Assembly: GCA_965112155.1 (NCBI GenBank)
Contig: OZ218098.1
Strand: one strand, 5' to 3'
Length of the DNA stretch: 64,000 bases
DNA from: Podarcis liolepis
Taxonomy: Eukaryota
The notes beneath the pieces are model-generated. The model had not been told where the DNA came from, did no database searches, and saw only the letters and a list, made by a program, of their open reading frames with translations. Below are positions 12,426-24,100 of the stretch, one piece after another. The stretch's first letter is position 1, and every line of letters starts with the position of its first letter. A program made the translations under genes and the position numbers.

Positions 12426-12426
12426 A
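12341..12426. repeat. Compound microsatellite (AC)n(AG)n(AAAG)n
   Basis: Direct reading. Confidence 0.95.
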
Positions 12427-13762
12427 TGAATTTCCAGGTTGCATACTGTTAACACAGATTCCCTTTTGGATTGAAGTGCTCTTTCTCTCAAGATTGCATT
12501 TGCAGCATTGGCGTACCTTGTGAGTCATAACATGAATAAATTGTAAATTTTCCTGAGGGTTTAATACAAATCAAGGAAACCGAAAAATTTTCTTTTGTTT
12601 GTATATCTATTTTTTTAAGCCCTGAAAACTAATGTCTTACTGTGGCATTCGTATTTACACTCCTGAGATCAAAACCTGTCTAGGTAAAATCTATTGCACT
12701 GTCAATCTGGTGTAGCTTTTTGTTTTTTTAGCATTTATAAATTTCAAATATTAAACCTCTTTACTCCATTTCTCCTCCCACGTCAGAACACACAATCTGG
12801 TTACAAAGAGACCAGGAGAGAGAAAAAGGGGTGCTGTTTGAAATTTCTCTCTTCCAGCAGGCCAGGTAGTTATGATGAAAGTATTTCAGTGTTAAAAAAA
12901 GATAAAAAGGTGTTAAGACGCTTTCTTCTGTTGTGTAAGTTCCGGGTCTCTAAGTGAAGCAGCACCTAACTTGCATATCAATATTGAACAAATTGCCTTG
13001 TTCCTGTTTAAAAACTCAGCAAACCTGGCTGATATACAACAGGGAACAAATGTGAAATATTCCAAAGACAAAAAGTCAGTGTTATCAGAAGGCTTCCCAT
13101 AAAGTTTCCTTTATAAGTTTCCTTTTATTCAGTTGTCAACCCCCCAACCCCTGCCTAGACCAGGTTGGGGGTTTTTTTTGCATCCAATATAAAATTATAA
13201 GTGGACATTAAAAATGGTTGGGAAAGAGTTGAAACTAGGCATTATTATTTTGAAAACAGCAACAAAAACCACACCACATATTGACATATTTGAAAGACTG
13301 GCATCATTTGTGCAGGTAATACAAATAAATAGTACGTTGATACCTTTATCTTAAAATGAAAGCAGTATTAAAAGTAAGAGGAGGAAATATACTTGAAACA
13401 CTTTCCAGGCTCCTTGGATGTGATGGAAACTACTGAGCTATCCAGATACACACATGGGGTGCAATCCAACATAGGGATGTTGCACAAGTGATGTGGGAGA
13501 TGCAGAAGTGCAGCTTCTCCCTGGACCACTGGGGTAACACCCAGGCCATAGGGCATTCTTGCAGCTTCTTCCCACATCAGCAATGCCCTAGATTTGGGAG
13601 AGTTGAAGCTGCTGTGGCAAGGAACTCCTCCCAGTTCCTTTATGATGCTACCCTAGAGCTCTTTGATAGCAGTTGCTGCTCTGTTCTTTTTGGTGATTCG
13701 CCGTTCTGCATCTGCAAGAGGTTCCCCAAGATGGAAATGAAGCTGGCTTGTGCAAAAAAACC

Positions 13763-14358
13763 AGGCCCCATCTGCAGCATACATTTAAAGCAGTATTATA
13801 CCACCTTAAACAGCCACGGCTTCCTCCAAAGAATCCTGGCAGCTGTATCATCCTCCTCATCATCCTCATCCTCATCCTCATCCTCATCCTCATTTATTAA
13901 ATTTATATAACGCCATATACCCACAGGTCTCAGGGTGGTTTACAAGATAAAATTACAATATAAAAACACAACATACACAATCAAAATATAAAGAGAAACA
14001 GCCCTCCACATACACAAAAAGTTAGAAACAATTAAAAACAATCATTATTATTATTTTAAAAACACACAATTAAAAAGCAGCTTAAAAGAATGTAACCAGT
14101 ATTCTCTGCTGGGCAGCACAGCAGCTGTCCTTTTGTAGTCTATCAGGCCTAGGCCTGGTGGAGAGAGGCAGGAGAAGGGCCCTCAGACTTTTGGCAGATG
14201 TAGCAGTAGTTTGTTAAAGGTACCAAGAGTTAATAATCCATCTCTTTTCTCAAGATAATTTTGGGACCTGCAGCTCTCTGAAGGGACTAGGAGTCCCCTA
14301 ACAACTCTCAGCACCCTTAACCAATGCTGCTTTAAATGTGGACCTAGTGCAGATCCCA
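13763..14358. mobile_element. Palindromic MITE (possibly PIF/Harbinger-like) interrupted by a minus-strand LINE tail with (TCCTCA)n
   Basis: Ends CCCATCTGCAGCATACATTTAAAGCAG and CTGCTTTAAATGT..TAGTGCAGATCCC are inverted; insert at about 13847-14200 begins with (TCCTCA)n then an L2-like tail homologous to 15905-16040. Confidence 0.55.
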
Positions 14359-14401
14359 GTTCTGGATTTTTCAGGAGTACCTGTCAGCCAGCTCTGACAC
14401 A

Positions 14402-14891
14402 TTTACTTACTTACTTAATTTTATTTACGGCTATTAGCCCATAAAATATGTACAAACGTAAAAGGGCAGAGGCATAAAGACCGATATATACGGCACCAGA
14501 AAGAGAACACCACGATGCAAGGGTGGGACATTGAGCCGAGCCAAATAACAGCTTGGGGCCCGGAGAGCTCCAAGGGGCGGATTGCAGAAAAAGGAAAACT
14601 GAAAACGAGATCCAACATGCACTCTCATCATAACTGTCCGATTAGTTTTGATGTTGTTGTTGTTTTTTAGTGGTTTTTGTGTGTGAGATAACCGCGTTCA
14701 GGAATCTCGCCACCTGCAGAGTTACAGAAGGATCTGTATCCTGCAAAAGTAGTGCAGCGTGTGACTCAACAGGCCTGCCAACCAAGCGCAATAAAACAGG
14801 ACCCAGGAATTTAGTCCTGGCTATGCTATGTAGGGGACAGTTGAACATTATATGTGGAAGAGATTCAACAGTTTTCCCGTCACACACACAT
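14402..14891 (-). mobile_element. 5'-truncated non-LTR retrotransposon (RTE-X-like)
   Basis: Open C-terminal frame with CCHC knuckle CVCDGKTVESLPHIMFNC; 3' hairpin, AATAAA and (TAAG)n tail; 13-bp TSD CAGCTCTGACACA at 14389-14401 and 14892-14904; clade assignment from memory. Confidence 0.75.
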
Positions 14892-15086
14892 CAGCTCTGA
14901 CACACTTGAAAGCTTTGACCTTCATCCCATTTTCTGTTTGTTAACTTATTGCTTGCTCACTCTTTGTTCTGAAGCAACAAAAGATAAAAACATGCGATTA
15001 AAACTGTCTTGATAAATATAAAGCCTGTATCATTTGCAAAATTATTTCAGTGCCACAAGATAGGAAAGGGGGTGGGGGGTGGGGAT

Positions 15087-15090
<4 letters not shown>

Positions 15091-15137
<47 letters not shown>
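15091..15137. repeat. (AG)n microsatellite
   Basis: Direct reading. Confidence 0.95.
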
Positions 15138-15140
<3 letters not shown>

Positions 15141-15377
15141 TAGGGTTAAAAAGTTTAACTAACATACCCCAGTCATTTGCCAGTTATGAAAAAGTTGTAG
15201 AGATTAAAATAAATATTGCTTATGACCGATGTGCCAGTACATTGGTTGACAGCACTTTGTTGTTCAGTAAAAAAAGAAAGAAAAAGAAATATGACCTCCA
15301 ACATTCAGGCTGTGCTGGGACAATTTTTAAGCACGCCTATGCCTTCCTCTTTCAAAAAGACTTGTCAGTAGCACACA

Positions 15378-16830
15378 TGAAAAGGATATTGGGATTATAA
15401 TCAATCACAAGCTACAATATGAGTCAGCTATCTGATGAGGCTGCAAAAAAGTCTAATGCGATTTAGGTATCCATTAATAAAACCGTAGAGTGGTATCCAA
15501 TTATGGCTGGAATCTGTCAGAGGAAATGGGGAGGCAATTTTTGCCAATTTTCCTCCCCCCTTGTGATTCCCTCTGTATCTGTTCCACAGTGCTGGGGGTT
15601 GCCAAGAGCAGATTTAGGGGGTATGTAGGGCACTATAGGGAGGGGTAAACTGGAAATTGCCTTCTTCTCCATTATGCTAATGGATTCCCTTCCATCAGCA
15701 TATGATCACCACTGGATATCACCCATAGATTTCCAGTCCTGTGAAATAGAGTACTGGACCCAGTGCTGCACTTTCAGGCATATTGGAACTGATTATGAGG
15801 AGGGCAACGAAGATGGGCTATAGCACAGAGAACGAGGCATACAAGAGGCTTAAGGGACTGTGCATGCTTCGTCTAAAGAAAAGAGGACTGAAGGAAACCA
15901 TTTCTATTTTATTGGGTTGTCCTTGCTTTTATTTTGATTACGTATTTTGTGTTTTTATATTGTGATTTTATCCTGTGAACCACCCTGAGACCTGCAGGTA
16001 TAGGGTGGTATACAAATTTAAACAATAATAACAACAATTTATTTTATTAAAATGTTGAGGTCCTGTACTCCCATTGCAGCAGCACCATGCAGGCTCATAA
16101 CTTAAAATATTATAAATCTGTGAAAACAAGTATAGAAAACACATAGATCAAGGAGACAAAACCTGCAGTCAAAATGAAGCAAAAAATGTTATCTGTCACA
16201 TACCAGAAAAGTCTGCTAGAATGAAATGGTCTTTAGTAAACAATGGAAAACAGTGAGGGTGTGGGGGCAGCCATACCTTGTGGAGCAAGTAGTTTCATAA
16301 TAGAAATTGAGCCATTGAGATCTGTCTTATGCTACCTAAAAATGCTTTCAACATAGGTCTTCAAATACTTAACAGCTCCACTAATGCAAGCACTTTTGGC
16401 TGTGCAACCCTGTCTCCTAGTGAGCCCCCTAAATAAGTTCTGGGCCCCCCCCTTTCTGGAGCAGGAACACAGAGGGAGTAAATAGGAAGGCAAAGTTCCG
16501 CTGTTCAGGCAAAACTGCCTGGATGAGTGTTTAGCTGTATTCTGCCCTGGATAACATTCTGCCACATAGATAGGACAAAGTCTAGATTGAATGGGCCTAA
16601 GCTACAGGAGAGTAGATTTGGGTTGAACATTAGGAGAAAATTCTTGAAGGGATTAGAGTCTGACAGTGGAACAAATTAGCTAGAGAGGTGGGTCCTCTTT
16701 CTTATTGGACATAAGGCAGAAACTGGGCAGACGTGTGGGGAATGTTGTAGCTCCAGATTTACTGCACTGAACTAGTGGGTTGGACTTGATAGCCCACACA
16801 ACCCTTTTCTAACTCTACAATTCTGTGATG
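15378..16830 (+). mobile_element. Fragmented old CR1 LINE with several later insertions
   Basis: Collinear pieces: about 15380-15485 (KDLG..HKLNMSQ..AAKK.NA-like), 15730-15900 (RRATKM..RLKGL..L.KRGL) and 16570-16830 ending GGGTTGGACTTGAT...CTAACTCTACAATTCTGTGAT. Confidence 0.7.
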
Positions 16831-19628
16831 TGCTGAAAACTTCTCCATGCAAAGAAGTATAAAGAGCTGCTTTGCTGCTTTCAGATGGAATGTCCCCATG
16901 CCATAATCAATATGGGATGAAGCAATGGAGAAACCTCTTAATACATTCACAGCAGCAGGGCAGAGCCTCACCGAAACCAAGTGGCTTTCAGCTGTGGGCT
17001 TGTTGCAGATACTGGCAAATTAAGCCTGCGGGTATAATTCACTCACATAAATTTTCTAGGGAACATCCAGCCCTCAACAGTTGGCTGTTGGGAGTGAGGA
17101 AAGGGTTGCTTGTAAAATGCTGTAAAACACAGCCAGAAGCTCAGTTCAAAGCAGGATAAATTTAATCAGAAATTTGCACAAGGCAAAAGTTTTATCTTAT
17201 GGCTGCAGGAAGATCCTGGCAGCCAGATCCATAAAAAAAGTCATGTAATAATACATTAAAGGCAATGGGAGCAAAATTCAGACCTTGGTTTAGCAAAATG
17301 CTTCTCTGTGGAATTACTGAACAGAGCGGCTTCCATATTCTGTAACCGCACCAAGTGTAACTCCATTTGCACCAACTGCAGTCCAGAACTGTCCAAATGA
17401 CTTTTGAGAAGTTAATCCCTGTCTGAAGGCATGCTGCTGGAAGGTCTAGTTTCAATGGCAGACATCTAGCTGATGATGCCCCCCCCCCCAGGCAGAAGCT
17501 GTTGTCTGGGCATTTGCTGCCACTACCACCACATGTGGCAAAGGGTGCAGCGGAGGAGGAAAAGTCCCCGAGTCAAGAGGCTCCATTTGGTAATCCCAAT
17601 CTAGAGATCTGCCACCAAGCCAGGAGGCTGAGTTGAAGCTGCCACTGCTGCCTGGTAAAGCTCTCCCATCTTGTCTGCAATGCAGGAGATGACCTTTTGC
17701 AGATGCCCCTCCCCGGAAATGTCTATTTAGGGAAGGCTGTACCAGTAATGCTGAAGCTGCGGTGATGGATTTGTATTTGCATGCTATGAATACTAATAGG
17801 CACTCTCTGGAGGCTTCATTTTTTACAACAAATTGGCAGTGGATCCATTCTGAGTACTCAGTTAGGTTTTCCTGCAGTCTGCTATGGGGCATGAATGAGC
17901 CCCTTGAGCTTTGGCAGCTGTTTTCCTCTCAGAGCTAATGATGGGATCCTCATGTGTGTACAGGACTCTGGATCTCAGGCAATATGGGGCCATTTACTGT
18001 ACTTATGACAGTACAGTACATTAAGCTTAACAGGGCTGTGTCAGCATAAATAGTGCATTCCCTTGAAACAAGACTCTGATCAACAGAAGGTACACCAGTA
18101 TGAGGAAATTACCAATTAAAGGCAACATGTTGAGAATCTTCCCCAAAACTATCAAAGGATGTATAAAAGTAATTAAGGGATTTTCCACGTAAACTTAGGA
18201 GTCTTCTATAAAGGTTATGTTAAAGCAATGGAGTATGATCTGATCCTGGTTATGAAAGATACAAGGCAGGAGAGATTATGGAGTTATCGATGTGACATTT
18301 AAATTCCCTGTCAGATACCAGACGATATTGCAAAACTCCCATGGTGAAAAGTTGGGAAAACGGTATCTTTTGCCAAAAGTTTCAGGTACAGACAGGCCTG
18401 CTTGTTAATGCGCCACCATCATTTTCAATACAGTCACGTGATGTCTTCTTGCTTTTATAGTGGAATGAATAGGCCAATGCTCAGTGTTTAGCTACTGGCT
18501 GAGCCAACACACTATGTGAATAATTTTGTTACCGGGTAAATCCATCACAGGTACCATAATTAGAGATGGTGCTTTCCTGCCCATTTGCTCTTCGAGATGT
18601 CCTCGGAGTCCTGCAAGATAAATAAACAGATCCACTGATACCTTTCAACTCATTTAAGCATTCAAAAACAACATAACCACATACTGCAAATAAGTGTATT
18701 TGTCTAAAAAGAATGAAAAACAGCCTGATTAAAATAAAGAAATCCCTTTGGTATGATTCAGCACAGCTCCTTTGACATTTTGATGCAGGAGTTCAGATTG
18801 CGGCTTAATGCAGGAGAGCTTTCCCCACAGTTTCATCCTAGTTTGTTGGTTGAAAAGCCAGGAACTTGGTAATATCATAATTTCCAGTATTTCTTTTCTA
18901 TAATGTGCTATACATAGAAACTGCCTCAACCACACAAATGGTACTATGATTTAATAAATAATAAAATAAAGACAACTTGGAACCTGCACGTTGGTTCCAA
19001 ATGCAAGATGTTTATGTAATTAATGTAGAAGTAAACAATCCTCTTTTATAGTTCTTGTCATCTGATTTTTAAAGCACGGACAGGAGACTGAGACATGAGC
19101 TCTGGCAGTAGACAAAAGCAGTCAACTAGCTTTGATGCCAACTAGCATTTATTTATGAATATTCTCCTGTTTGTGTACTGTGTATTTTTAGTACTCTGCT
19201 TTTGTTCTTATTTACTGGTTTATTATTGGTTTCTTTAAATATGTTGCATTTCTATATGCTTAGGTTTATGTTGATAATACTTGTGTGCAAGTCTTTTATT
19301 ATTAGGCTGGTTCTCCTATACCAATCCAGTCACGCACTGAGATCTTCTTCCGAGGCTCTTCTCTGGGTACACTCATTATCACCAGGGGCCAAATACTATT
19401 ACTTCAGAGGCAGGCAAATATTTCGCTAGGCTTTTAAACCCTTTCCAGCAGATTTTGGTTTTTATTCTGATTGCAGTTTTTTTTTAATCTTCTGCACTAT
19501 GCTGCTGTTTCATTGTTTTCAGGTGTGCTGTGTATGTTTTCAGAATGAGACAAATTTTGTATTTTTATTCTTCTTGTCAGTTATACAAGGAATGCAGATT
19601 AGTAATGAAGGTGTGGTGTATCCAATTA

Positions 19629-19875
19629 CCGTATTTTTCGCTCTATGAGACGCACCAGACCACAAGACGAACCTAGTTTATGGGGGAGGAAAACAAGGAA
19701 AAAAATATTCAGAATCTCAGAAGCCAGAACAGCAAGAGGGATCACTGCGCAATCCCTCTTGCTGTTCTGGCTTCTGTGATAGCTGCGCAGCCTGCATTCG
19801 CTCCATAAGACGCACACATACTTCCCCTTACTTTTCAGGAGGGAAAAAGTGAGTCTTATAGAGCAAAAAATATGG
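19629..19875 (+). mobile_element. Tc1/mariner superfamily MITE (Tc2/pogo-like, CCGTATTTTT ends)
   Basis: TIR CCGTATTTTTCGCTCTATGAGAC / GTCTTATAGAGCAAAAAATATGG; TA on both sides. Confidence 0.85.
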
Positions 19876-22604
19876 TAATTAATAAGGTAGAGGGAGCAAA
19901 TAAGGCAGTACCATAATGCAGATTTATCTTTAACACTCACTTCCAAAGAAATAAGACAAGTTCCCAAAAAAATTCCTCCTAGACTTTTTTTACAGTGCAG
20001 GCATGTGCCTGTTTAGAAGTAACCCCCAATGCTCATTGGAATTAATTGTAAGTGCAAATAGCACTGCAGCCTCAATATGAATGTTTCTTAAATGTGTAGA
20101 AATGTGAAATGTCATTTTGTCAACAGTTAACTAGGTGTTATATTGTATTGCTTCTTTTTTGTATTGTTTAATAAACTTTTTTTTAAAGAACTCAATTCAA
20201 GACTGTTTTTCAACAAATTTATTTATTTGCTGGCAAATATGACTGCCCCTCCAATGTTTCATGATGCTGAGATCCATAGGCTAATTAATAGATTTCATTA
20301 GATTTACCACAAATCCAGCTCATTCAAATAATGTACGAGAATAATTTAAGAAAATGATGGAAAAGCAATTGCAAGAAACACTCCTTTTCTTAATCAAGTC
20401 ATAATGCATCCTTTTAAGGAAAGTGGTAGTTACTAAGCCATGTTGCATTTTTGTGGCCAAAAATGTTTTCTATTTCTGTGCCGCAGAGCACAAATCTGAA
20501 GGACACTGGGGAGGGGGGAAGATGCTAGATTTGGCTTTCAACTGGTCTCCCATTGTCAGATTCTACAATACTGCAATTGTAGTAATGCAGTGTTTCATAA
20601 CATTACAAAGCTTAGCTACATATACAGAAAATGTTATTCTTTTCCTACGATTTCAGCGCTGTCAACAACCTGTGCCATTCAGAGACGATATGCTGATGCT
20701 GGTGATTATTATTTTACTTAACAGCTTTACGAGACTAGAGCATTGTCCAAGGCCTTCTCATGCAGATATTGCATTGCTTGGAAGGGGTTAACAGATGGAA
20801 ATGGTTGATGTTAGAGGTGAATATTGACTGAGCTGAACCCAAGATCAATAGTTGCCTCAGAAGTCAAAAGGACTTCATGTTCCATGTTTAAAACAACTTG
20901 GTCTATGTTTTCCAGCAATGTGCTCATTCAGGGTCAGCTAAGCACCATTGCAATAAGGCAACTGGAAATGTACACGGCAGCTACATTTGCACACACTTGT
21001 CAAGTGGATGAGAGGCAACCCATTGAGAGCACAAACTAGCAAAAGCCTTGCCCAATGAAATCACTGGCACATAAGCCTGCCACTGTTTTTTGAATTTCCG
21101 TTGCTTTCAGTGGGCTTTCATTGGACAGGGATTGAAGATGTCAACTCATGCATTATTTGCATCCATTTCTCTTCCTTGAATATGTTGAAACAGAGTTCCA
21201 CTAAATTTAATTTTTATCAATCAATTAAGCAATTGCCCAATACTAAAACCACATCAAAAAAGTAAAGTATTTTATTTCCTGACAGAATATTTGGCAAAAC
21301 CACTGCAGCCTTTAGAAACCGAAACCTATTTAGAGCACGTATGAGGATAGGAAGAAGGGGGGGGGGGAGGAGAGAAATATTTTTAAGTTCTGATATTTAA
21401 AGTGCATGCTAATCACAAATTAGCTACTTAAGTGTTCCACACTAGAAAGGAAAAAAGATACACACATATAATGTCGTCCTGATGGCATTTATGTAAGCTA
21501 ATTCAGGCAGAGAGCACCAATATGCTTTCCTGCAGATTGCTCTATTAATATTATACAATGGCTGTAGTGCAGTAAGCTGTTGCTTAAGTGCAAGTTTAAG
21601 CCAAATCTATGCCTTAGCTTAGAAACAAGGCTCCTGCCATTGGCAGCTATAGCAGAGAAACTCAAGGACTGGTCTCTGTCCTCTGAAATGAAAGCAGAGG
21701 AGGGACATTTTCAGAAAAAGCACAATTGTAGGCCAGAGTACTTGATATTTTTTCTTCATTTGTCCCTGCCATGCTCCTTTTGCTACCTTTCCTCTCTGTG
21801 TTTTAACCAAATACACTGTTATATCACTTAGCGCAGGTCTTTAAATCCCAGAGCTAATAAAGCTCCATTGCTTCAGCTGTATGGATTTGACATGCAGCAT
21901 GTGCTTTGAAGAGAAGCTTCACAGGGGATCAGGTTCCTAACAGTCGACTAAGAGTTTCAGTCCCCACAGAGGTGCCCCTGGCGTGCTGAGCACTTAACCC
22001 TTCGACCAGTACCAACATGACTGTTCACAAATTATTGATGTCTCTAAATCCCTGGCAGATTGCAGACAGGTCTTGTCTCCCTTGAAGCCCAAGCATATGG
22101 CCACTAATGGGATGGATTAAGAAGAAAAAAATACATGCAAACACTCAGCCTTTGCCACATGAATGTAAAGCCACAGAAACAGGAGAAGGTGATTGAACTG
22201 GACTGAACACTGCTAAATACATGATTAGCCTCTTGTTATGGATCATTTCCATTGATCTATATCTGGTTTTGCAGCACAGTTTAATTAAAGCTGTCTGGAA
22301 CAAGCCTGTCCCCTAAATGATCAGCTATGCAATGAAAACGTGAAACTTGAGGAAGCTCGAGGCCTCTAAAAAAGCCTCACTGACTTTGTGGTAAAATAAC
22401 AGTAGCAGGAAGGGAAATATATTTTCTGCACAAATGAACTGTTTTGTCGCAGCATCTCAGGTTCCTGAACGTGGTTTTAAAAACACAACAAATCTTGTTT
22501 CCTTTTAAGTTTGTTCTTAAGGTGGATTGCTTTTCACTCCCAAATAATTCTCTGGAAGCCAATAAGCTTACTTGCAAGTTAATTATTTCCTGATAAAAGG
22601 GTCT

Positions 22605-22702
22605 AACAGTGCGTCCTAAGCACGTCTATTCAGAAGTAAGCCCCACTGAGTGCAATAGGATTTGCTCCTAGATAAGGCTGTACAGTACAGGATTACAGCC
22701 TA
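22605..22702. repeat. Short (about 90 bp) imperfect-palindromic dispersed repeat (..CAGAAGTAAGnCCCA..AATGGGACTTACT..)
   Basis: Related copies at about 4375-4430, 12120-12217, 19990-20072, 26905-27130 (two nested), 34885-34950, 41015-41110, 41780-41833, 55320-55392 and 55495-55572. Confidence 0.65.
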
Positions 22703-23231
22703 AAATGGGGGGTGGGATCCAGCCCGCAGAAAATGGCCCGCCAGCCCCAGGAGCTTTATCTCCCAATCTGATCAGGACATAAATCACTCTGCCTGCTTTT
22801 TACAGATCCTCCCATCGCAGTGCTCAACATCGCAGTACTAGGACTGCAGATAAAGCCGTCTGTCTGCTCTTTAAGAGCAAAAGGCAGCACACAAGGCAGC
22901 CTCTCCGCCCCTGGTGCTAGAAAAGCTGATTGTGTGTCCCTGTGTCTGCATGTACTGTTTGTGCATGTTTGAGAAGAGAGAGGGAGTGTGTGCTGTGTAC
23001 CTGCATGCCTGCTGAGAGGATCTGCTGTACATGTGGTGATTGCACATGTGCGGTGCAAGTGTACATGTGCACACACACATATACACCTTAGCCACACCCA
23101 ATGCTGGCATGTTGTCCTCAGAGGGGTGGCTGACTGTCAACAAGGCGCTTGGGCCAAAAAGAGCTTTTCAATTTTTGATTTTACTTCTAAGTCACGTTAG
23201 AAAGACTTACACTTAAACATATTTAATATTA

Positions 23232-23567
23232 CAGTGGTGCCCCGCAAGACGAATGCCTCGCAAGACGGAAAACTCGCTAGATGAAAGAGTTTTCCGTTTT
23301 GGAGGTGCTTCGCAAAACAAATCTCCTATGGGCTTGCTTCGCAAGATGAAAATGTATTGCGAGTTCCTGCAGGTTTCCCCCCCTTTCCCCCCCTTTTTCT
23401 AAGCCGCTAAGGCGCTTATCAGCTGATCCGATAAGCCGATAAGCCGCTAAAAGCCGCTAATAGCGCTAATCCGTTAATCCGTCAATGGGCTTGCTTCGCA
23501 AGACGAAAAAACCGCTAGACGAAGAGAATCACAGAACGGATTCTTTTCGTCTTGCGAGGCACCACTG
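23232..23567 (+). mobile_element. Tigger/pogo-like MITE, GCAAGACGAA family
   Basis: 22-bp TIR CAGTGGTGCC(C/T)CGCAAGACGAA; TA TSD at 23230-31 and 23568-69; CpG-rich. Confidence 0.9.
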
Positions 23568-24067
23568 TATTGGAACTGAATGGGTTTTAGACAAGCATCT
23601 CAGGGTGGTTTCAGACTGCAGCCTGTCCCTGTAGCCGTAAACAGGATATACAAATTTTACAAAAATCACATAAGCAGGCCCAACAAGCAACAGATTAACC
23701 GTAAGGGAAACTAGCAAAACTACATTGGGGACAAAAATGTAAACTTCCAATTTTACCAAATACCTAGGTAAAAAACAAATGCAGGTCATTCTAACGGATT
23801 AAACAACCAATGGTCCAAGCGACAGTTCTCACCCAATTTTTCACTTATGGCAGCCCAATCACTTTCCTTTTCTCTCTCACACAAGAGGGCCATACTCTGT
23901 GCCCACAGACCCTCACTGTGTGGCTTTTGAGGAAGTTAACACCTTTTAGCCACACCGCCCAGGCTCTTCCAGTGGAAGACCAAAGCTCCACTGGCCAGAG
24001 AGTTCAATAGCTTTGCCTGCCCTCTACAACAAAGGGAAGGGAAACTAATGCTTTTCTTAGGTTTGAT

Positions 24068-24068
24068 A

Positions 24069-24100
<32 letters not shown>
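24068..24100. repeat. (AAT)n microsatellite
   Basis: Direct reading. Confidence 0.95.

Noticed and set aside
17452-17892. 146-aa minus-strand ORF in a GC-richer patch
   Set aside because: No motif or homology recognised; length compatible with chance
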